Part shown: in pieces, positions 57,246 to 62,933 of the stretch | Position numbering within the stretch: position 1 is the stretch's first letter | How the letters are laid out: each line of letters starts with the position of its first letter | Source of the DNA: an uncultured Rikenellaceae bacterium | GTDB taxonomy: Bacteria > Bacteroidota > Bacteroidia > Bacteroidales > VadinHA17 | Length of the DNA stretch: 62,933 nucleotides | Assembly: GCA_964535035.1 (NCBI GenBank) | Contig: CAZHRV010000010.1 | Span: forward strand, 1 to 62,933 | Direction: 5' to 3' | Translations under genes and position numbers: made by a program | Notes under the pieces: generated by a model | What the model saw: only the letters and a program-made list of their open reading frames with translations | The model's database searches: none | What the model was told of the DNA's origin: nothing

Positions 57246-57932
57246 TTAAAAGAGTTTTTTTCCGTTTATGATTTCTAAAATACGTTCAAAGATCACTTGT
57301 GGCGGCAGTATGTTCCCGTAAATATCACTGCAGTTTACAACAGATAACTGTTCACTGGTCCTGGCTACTTCAATGTAAATCTCACGCACTTTCTTCTGGA
57401 AAGCAAGAGACTCTTCGTGTATATCTTTTGTCCCGTTAAGGTAATCTCTGTCTTGCCCTGATCTTAACGAAGAGAGTTTCTTTTCTGTAAATGAGAACGG
57501 CACATCGAGGAAAATATTGAGATCAGGGAGGGGTATCCCGAAATGTCTGAATTCAAGATTCAGTATCCATTTCATAAGTTTTTTCTGGTCACCGGCGTTG
57601 GCAAGTTTAGCGCACTGGTATGCTATGTTTGAATAGGTATATCTGTCAAGAAGGACTATCTTCCCTTTATTCATCCAGCTGGTAATCAGATCCGAAGCAT
57701 CTTTTCTGTCTCCTGCATAAAGCATCGCCACCAGCCATGGATCGACTTCATTTAGTGCCCCGAATTCACCTCTCAGGAATCTTGCAATCAGTTCTCCAAA
57801 CCAGGGTGTATCGGTTCTTGGAAAGTGAAGATATTCACAGCTATGGCCCCTCTTTGAAAAGAACGACTTCAATAACCTGATCTGTGTTGATTTACCCGCT
57901 CCATCAAGCCCTTCAACAACCAGCAGCTTCAT
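57246..57932 (-). CDS. tmk: Thymidylate kinase family protein
   Basis: 228 aa with the P-loop VEGLDGAGKSTQ and the motif LDRYTYSNIAYQ. Confidence 0.8.
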   Translation of the reverse strand: MKLLVVEGLDGAGKSTQIRLLKSFFSKRGHSCEYLHFPRTDTPWFGELIARFLRGEFGALNEVDPWLVAMLYAGDRKDASDLITSWMNKGKIVLLDRYTYSNIAYQCAKLANAGDQKKLMKWILNLEFRHFGIPLPDLNIFLDVPFSFTEKKLSSLRSGQDRDYLNGTKDIHEESLAFQKKVREIYIEVARTSEQLSVVNCSDIYGNILPPQVIFERILEIINGKKLF

Positions 57933-57954
57933 GTTTTATTTATTTCTTAATTTG

Positions 57955-57962
57955 CAAATGTA
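57955..57962 (-). promoter_or_regulatory. Bacteroidota -7 promoter motif (TACATTTG on the minus strand)
   Basis: Lies 23 nt upstream of the tmk start. Confidence 0.45.
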
Positions 57963-58111
57963 ATAACCCTTGGCCAAAGATGAAAAATAAAATTCATCAA
58001 ACTCATTTTACGGTTTCAGGCTGTTGGCCAAAGGTATTCAGAAAAATCAATAGCAGGTGAATACTCTAAATTAATTGCCATTTCAGGTAAATTCATTAAT
58101 TTCGGAGAATA

Positions 58112-58987
58112 ATGGAAATTAAATTGATTGAGAAACCTAAATATATCAATGTTGCAGGTAAGTTGCTGGATTTGAGCATACCAAAGGTGATGGGAGTTAT
58201 CAACATAACTCCTGATTCCTTTTATGAGGGCAGCAGGGTAACTGAGGAAAAGGAGATACTCAAAACTGCTGCGGGAATGATCGAAGATGGCGCCGATATT
58301 ATTGATATTGGTGGTTATTCCTCCCGTCCCGGTGCTGCACATGTTCCTCCTGAAGAGGAGAAAAAACGTGTTCTAAAGGCTATAAGTCTTATAAACAGGG
58401 AATTTCCGGAAATAATAATTTCTATTGATACCTTCAGATCGGAAATAGCCAGAGAAGCAGTTAGTGAGTGCGGAGCCCATATGGTAAACGATATTTCCGG
58501 AGGAGAAGCTGACAGAGACATGTTCAGTGTTATACAACAGCTGAATATTCCATATATTATGATGCATATGCAAGGTAAGCCTGAAAACATGCAGGATAAT
58601 CCTGTTTACACAGATGTCGTTGCTGATATCCTGGTGTGGTTCAGTAGTAAAATTGTCAGGTTACAGTCTGCCGGAGTCAAGGATATCATTATTGATCCGG
58701 GATTCGGTTTCGGAAAAACAGCAGGACATAATTTTGAAATTCTAAATCGTCTTGGTGATTTTTCAATTTCCGGATTACCTTTGCTGGCAGGTATGTCACG
58801 TAAATCAATGATCTGGAAAACACTTGGCATCAGTCCGGAGGAGGCACTTAACGGGACAACAGTACTCAACACCATAGCGCTTATGAAAGGTGCTGATATC
58901 TTGCGTGTGCATGATGTGAAAGAGGCTGTTCAGGTTGTCAGACTTATGGAGATAATTAAAAACACTAAAATGCAAGTTGAATATTAA
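58112..58987 (+). CDS. folP: Dihydropteroate synthase
   Basis: 291 aa with VMGVINITPDSF, DIGGYSSRPGA and DPGFGFGK. Confidence 0.93.
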   Translation: MEIKLIEKPKYINVAGKLLDLSIPKVMGVINITPDSFYEGSRVTEEKEILKTAAGMIEDGADIIDIGGYSSRPGAAHVPPEEEKKRVLKAISLINREFPEIIISIDTFRSEIAREAVSECGAHMVNDISGGEADRDMFSVIQQLNIPYIMMHMQGKPENMQDNPVYTDVVADILVWFSSKIVRLQSAGVKDIIIDPGFGFGKTAGHNFEILNRLGDFSISGLPLLAGMSRKSMIWKTLGISPEEALNGTTVLNTIALMKGADILRVHDVKEAVQVVRLMEIIKNTKMQVEY

Positions 58988-59001
58988 GATAGAAATTAGA
59001 A

Positions 59002-59778
59002 ATGATAGTACCCATCTCCGTCCTGGATATAATTGACATCTTTCTTGTCGCATTTATAATGTTCCAGCTCTACAGGATCATTAGAGGAACCTCAGCTTTC
59101 AGCATTTTTATTGCGATCTTCTTTATTTACCTGTTCTGGCTTATCGTTAAAGCACTCAACATGGAGCTCATCAGTTCATTGCTTGGCCAGGTGATAGGTG
59201 TGGGAGTAATTGCTCTCATTATTGTTTTTCAACAGGAGGTGAGGCGATTTCTTCTGATAATAGGCAGCAGGTATATAGCAAACAGGAAATTCGCAATAAC
59301 CAGGTTCTTTACATCTGCAAAACCCAATCCGGGCGGACCAATAATTGCAGAGGAAATTGTAAGGGCCTCCGAATCAATGGCATCAAAGAGAATAGGAGCT
59401 CTTATCGTGATAGGCCGGCAGAGCAGACTTGGTATGTATTCTGAAGGAGGTGAAATAATTAAGGCACAAATTAGCGCGGAATTACTGGAAACGATTTTCT
59501 TCAAGAACACTCCTTTGCATGACGGGGCTGTATTGATAGAGGACGAGATGATACTGGCAGCAAGATGTACTCTTCCTGTTACTGATCAGTATACATTGCC
59601 GACAAGATTCGGGATGCGCCACAGAGCAGCAATTGGTATGTCGGAACACTCTGATGCCCTCGTGATTGTTGTTTCGGAGGAGACAGGACATATTTCAGTT
59701 GCTGATGAAGGAGCGATACGTGAGAACCTTGCTGCCAAAGAGCTGAGGAATATCCTCCTGATGGAAAAGGTTTGGTAA
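59002..59778 (+). CDS. cdaA: Diadenylate cyclase CdaA (membrane-anchored DAC domain)
   Basis: 258 aa with three N-terminal TM helices. It contains GALIVI, DGAVLI and RHRAAIG motifs. Confidence 0.9.
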   Translation: MIVPISVLDIIDIFLVAFIMFQLYRIIRGTSAFSIFIAIFFIYLFWLIVKALNMELISSLLGQVIGVGVIALIIVFQQEVRRFLLIIGSRYIANRKFAITRFFTSAKPNPGGPIIAEEIVRASESMASKRIGALIVIGRQSRLGMYSEGGEIIKAQISAELLETIFFKNTPLHDGAVLIEDEMILAARCTLPVTDQYTLPTRFGMRHRAAIGMSEHSDALVIVVSEETGHISVADEGAIRENLAAKELRNILLMEKVW

Positions 59779-59826
59779 AAGAAACGATAGGCGACAGGCT
59801 TTATAATCCTGAAATTGACTGGAAAT

Positions 59827-61164
59827 ATGGGGCGGAAATTCTATGATATCCATTACCATTTGTTTGACCTGAGTCACCCGAATCTCCTGGCATTTTTTAT
59901 GCGTGATGACCTGATAAGTAAAAACAGTATCAGGAAAGTATTGCTGAAATTCCCGTTTATGATGAAATTGCTGCCCCTGTGGATGCTCATCCTGGCGTCT
60001 GCAAAAGCGGCAATAAGGATTAAAGAATATCTCAGTACTGATGCCAGGAATTTTCGTAACCTTCTTTCTGTTATAGAAGGGGCGATTGAATACCATTTCT
60101 TATATACCGAATATTTCCTGCTTAAGGGAAACAGGTATTTCGGCAATAAGAGCGGGGCAAAATATAATAAAATTGTACTGTCTCCCCTGCTTATGGATTT
60201 TGGTTATAAGAATCTCAGGAATGAGGATTGTTTTTACAACCTTCCTCCTTCTAAACCCGTCATGAATCAGGTTGTTGACCTGTTTAATGCGATCTGGTTC
60301 TATTATAATTACGACCTTATCATTCATCCTGAAAAAGAGCGGAGGCTGAAACTTGTACCGACATCGATATCGAAAGAGGAGAAACTGTTCGAAATATACC
60401 CCTTTCTGGGAATCAATACACAGAATTATGATCTTCGTGAGATAGTAGCGCTTTTTGATAAATATTTCAGAGGGTATGAGGAGGATATTGATACGGCTGT
60501 ACGGCAAAAGAAGCTTTTCGATAAGCTTGGTACGGTAAGGATTGACCTTGAAGAGATGATTTTTAAAAATAAGGAGCAGGTTGATAATGATTATTATACA
60601 TACCTGTTCGCAGGCATCAAGCTGTATCCTCCTTTGGGCTTTGATCCGTGGCCCGAGGAGAATAACAGCGAACTTGAAAAGGTTCGCTTCCTTTACAGCG
60701 AGTGCATAAGACGAAACATACCCATTACAGTACATTGCAGTGACAGAGGATATATAACATCACCTGATGCCTATGAACTGACAGACCCCTCGAAGAGATG
60801 GAAGAAAGTCCTTTCAAGACCTGAATTTAAAGATCTGAGAATCAATTTTGCCCACCTGGGTACACAGCATAATGGCAAAGAAGAGTGGCAGAAAACAATT
60901 CTTAATTACTTTGAAACCAACCAGTCCGTTTATACTGACTGCTCCTGCCAGACTCCACATAAGGCAGATTATGAAAAGGTTATGAAAATAATGAATTCAG
61001 ATAACGAATCCCGTATCCTCTTCGGTTCCGATTATGTCATTAACCTTATCTGGTCAGAGTCTTACAATGAATACCTGTACAATTTTATTCAGACGAATCA
61101 CCTCGACGACAGGCAGAAGGAGCTTATGTGCGAAATAAATCCTGAAAAATTCTTATTTGGTTGA
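59827..61164 (+). CDS. Amidohydrolase-superfamily metal-dependent hydrolase, uncharacterised subfamily
   Basis: It has an N-terminal HxH (DIHYHLFD), later His residues (ITVHCSD, NFAHLG) and a C-terminal Asp (FGSDY). The start is taken at ATG 59827. Confidence 0.6.
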   Translation: MGRKFYDIHYHLFDLSHPNLLAFFMRDDLISKNSIRKVLLKFPFMMKLLPLWMLILASAKAAIRIKEYLSTDARNFRNLLSVIEGAIEYHFLYTEYFLLKGNRYFGNKSGAKYNKIVLSPLLMDFGYKNLRNEDCFYNLPPSKPVMNQVVDLFNAIWFYYNYDLIIHPEKERRLKLVPTSISKEEKLFEIYPFLGINTQNYDLREIVALFDKYFRGYEEDIDTAVRQKKLFDKLGTVRIDLEEMIFKNKEQVDNDYYTYLFAGIKLYPPLGFDPWPEENNSELEKVRFLYSECIRRNIPITVHCSDRGYITSPDAYELTDPSKRWKKVLSRPEFKDLRINFAHLGTQHNGKEEWQKTILNYFETNQSVYTDCSCQTPHKADYEKVMKIMNSDNESRILFGSDYVINLIWSESYNEYLYNFIQTNHLDDRQKELMCEINPEKFLFG

Positions 61165-61203
61165 ATTGATAAGAATTTTAAAATTAGTTCATTCATCGGC
61201 ATT

Positions 61204-62031
61204 ATGCAGAAATCCAGTTCCGATTTACAGATTGTCCTGGTAACAGGTGGTACTTCAGGACTTGGACTTGAGATTGTAAAGTTATTTTTGCAGCGAGGAT
61301 ATTATGTCGTAGCTACAGGCAGACAATCACTTATTTTACCGGGATATGAAGAAAGATTCAGATTATACCGGGTTGACTTCAGTGATCTGAAGAAGACGGC
61401 AGATACGGCAAAGGAAATATGTGGAAACCATAATATTGATATCATAATAAATAATGCCGGTGTTCTCAGTCCACCCGTTTATACACCAACGAAGAATGGA
61501 TTTGAATATACTCTCCAGGTCAACTTCTTGTCACATTTTCTTCTTAATGAGATAATTATCCGGAGGTTTGGAAACACCCGTCCCCTCATGGTCGCCTCTG
61601 TTACATCGCTCGTTTATAAGCTGGGAAAATTTGAATCTGTCTTCACACGGGAAGCTGCTAATTACAATCCGCTTAGATCATATTCAGATTCAAAGCTGTT
61701 AATGGCACTTATGTGCAGGTATATGGCAGAAAAATACCACGATACAGGCATAAGGTGTTTCAGCCTTGATCCGGGCGTCTTCTCTTCATCAATATACCGT
61801 ATGCAGAGTCCTCTTTTCAGATTTCTTTACAGGATTGCAGCACCATTTATGCGTAAGCCCTCTTCCGTAGCAGCCATACTTGCAGATATACTTACCAATT
61901 CACAATTTTCAAACGGAGCTGTTTATAATATAAGGAAGAGAATAAAGCCCCTTAAGGAGATCAGCATGACATCAGTTGAAGATTTTATGGAAAGATGCTA
62001 CAGAATAGTGATATCATATATTGGCTTTTAA
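61204..62031 (+). CDS. Short-chain dehydrogenase/reductase (SDR)
   Basis: 275 aa with VTGGTSGLG, NNAG and YSDSK. Confidence 0.85.
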   Translation: MQKSSSDLQIVLVTGGTSGLGLEIVKLFLQRGYYVVATGRQSLILPGYEERFRLYRVDFSDLKKTADTAKEICGNHNIDIIINNAGVLSPPVYTPTKNGFEYTLQVNFLSHFLLNEIIIRRFGNTRPLMVASVTSLVYKLGKFESVFTREAANYNPLRSYSDSKLLMALMCRYMAEKYHDTGIRCFSLDPGVFSSSIYRMQSPLFRFLYRIAAPFMRKPSSVAAILADILTNSQFSNGAVYNIRKRIKPLKEISMTSVEDFMERCYRIVISYIGF

Positions 62032-62274
62032 TATCACCTAGTTAAACCTATTAAGAACTATTTCATAACCTGGTTATCAGGGATTAAGAAATAACAGATA
62101 CTTCTATATAAAAAAATCAAACAGATGAAAAATCTATATCTTTTTCCCCGATGATATTCACCGCCCTGGTCTTAAGGATGGTGAGAATAAGACTGTCAGA
62201 AAGATAGTTGTAAAAGTAAGAATCAACTAACGACCAGACACTCTAACATTCGAACATTCATACAAAATTCTGGT

Positions 62275-62282
62275 TATCTTTG
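62275..62282 (+). promoter_or_regulatory. Bacteroidota -7 promoter motif TATCTTTG
   Basis: Lies 18 nt upstream of the feoAB start. Confidence 0.45.
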
Positions 62283-62299
62283 TAGCTTTATTTTTAAAG

Positions 62300-62933
62300 A
62301 TGGTTACACTATATGATCTTGTTGAGGGAGAAGAAGGGATAATACTTAAGATCAAGGGTAGAGGTATGTTCCGTCAACGGCTCATGGAGATGGGTTTCCT
62401 GGCCGGTAAACGGGTTAAGGTAATAAAAAAAGCACCTCTGGGAGACCCTGTTGAGTACAAGATCATGGGTTATTATGTTTCACTCAGAAGCAGTGAAGCA
62501 CAACTTATTGAAGTGGCAGCAAAGGGGGAAATACCCGAAGAGCATCCTTATCCAAACGGGGTGTTTGATGGAGTAGCAGATAAAACTGTATGGATCGAGA
62601 AGAGCCGTAACATCCAGGTAGCGCTTATCGGTAATCCCAATTCAGGAAAGACAACTCTTTTTAATTACGCATCGGGCTCCTCGGAAAAAGTAGCCAATTA
62701 TGCAGGTGTCACCATCGATTCGAAAGAGGCAAAATACAAGCAGTCAGGATATGCCTTTTCGCTGGTTGATCTTCCCGGCACCTATTCACTGAAAAGCTAT
62801 TCTCCCGAGGAGATATATCTTCGAAATTATATTTTCGATAAGAAACCTGATGTGGTTGTCAATATTGTCGACGCCTCTAATCTTGAAAGAAATCTCTACC
62901 TGACGACTCAGCTTATTGATATGGGCATTCAAG
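62300..62933 (+). CDS. feoB: FeoA-FeoB fusion ferrous iron transporter (5' part; runs off the window end)
   Basis: I translated this by hand. MVTLYDLVEGEEGIILKIKG...GDPVEYKIMGYYVSLR is the FeoA domain. IQVALIGNPNSGKTTLFN...DLPGTYSL is the FeoB G-domain. The ORF is still open at 62933. Confidence 0.88.
   Translation, partial: MVTLYDLVEGEEGIILKIKGRGMFRQRLMEMGFLAGKRVKVIKKAPLGDPVEYKIMGYYVSLRSSEAQLIEVAAKGEIPEEHPYPNGVFDGVADKTVWIEKSRNIQVALIGNPNSGKTTLFNYASGSSEKVANYAGVTIDSKEAKYKQSGYAFSLVDLPGTYSLKSYSPEEIYLRNYIFDKKPDVVVNIVDASNLERNLYLTTQLIDMGIQ

Noticed and set aside
58016-58342. 108-aa minus-strand ORF spanning the folP start.
   Set aside because: It overlaps folP antisense and covers the intergenic promoter region.
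60100-60735. 211-aa minus-strand ORF.
   Set aside because: It runs antisense within the amidohydrolase-like gene. It is Ile/Lys/Leu-rich low-complexity sequence typical of AT-rich reverse frames.

Overview
This is a 62.9-kb low-GC chromosomal segment with Bacteroidota hallmarks. TAnnTTTG (-7 type) promoter motifs sit 18-47 nt upstream of many start codons. Typical syntenies are present: rsmD-DUF3822, serC-serA-DUF1015, folP-cdaA, tpiA-DoxX-tmk and a FeoA-FeoB fusion. I call about 55 protein genes and one tRNA-Asp(GTC); there is no rRNA and no CRISPR array. The left end (1-5.6 kb) is mobile DNA. It holds an IS91-type element with both a Y2/HUH rolling-circle transposase and a co-oriented tyrosine recombinase, and a MntA/HepT toxin-antitoxin pair plus a zinc-ribbon ORF lie between them. 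This element sits next to a decayed tRNA-Asp copy and the intact tRNA-Asp. Positions 9.0-14.7 kb form an accessory block of secreted or membrane hydrolases with decayed gene fragments. The rest is mostly housekeeping: the ugd-rfbACD-pgm nucleotide-sugar operon, rpsA, rnz, guaA, gcvT, serine biosynthesis, uvrA, rsmE, tpiA, tmk, folP and cdaA. The most system-like unexplained locus is 29.9-35.0 kb. There a SiaB/SiaC-like kinase/phosphoprotein pair, with no SiaA phosphatase or SiaD cyclase in the window, is convergent with an Hpt - STAS - ABC exporter operon whose 1023-aa transporter has an unusual architecture. Non-genic oddities include heptanucleotide tandem arrays directly after several stop codons (one is a (GGGNNNN)7 G-quadruplex motif), two inverted-repeat-bounded intergenic elements, and GC-rich hairpin clusters. 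All functional calls come from motif and family recognition by eye. No database search was run.
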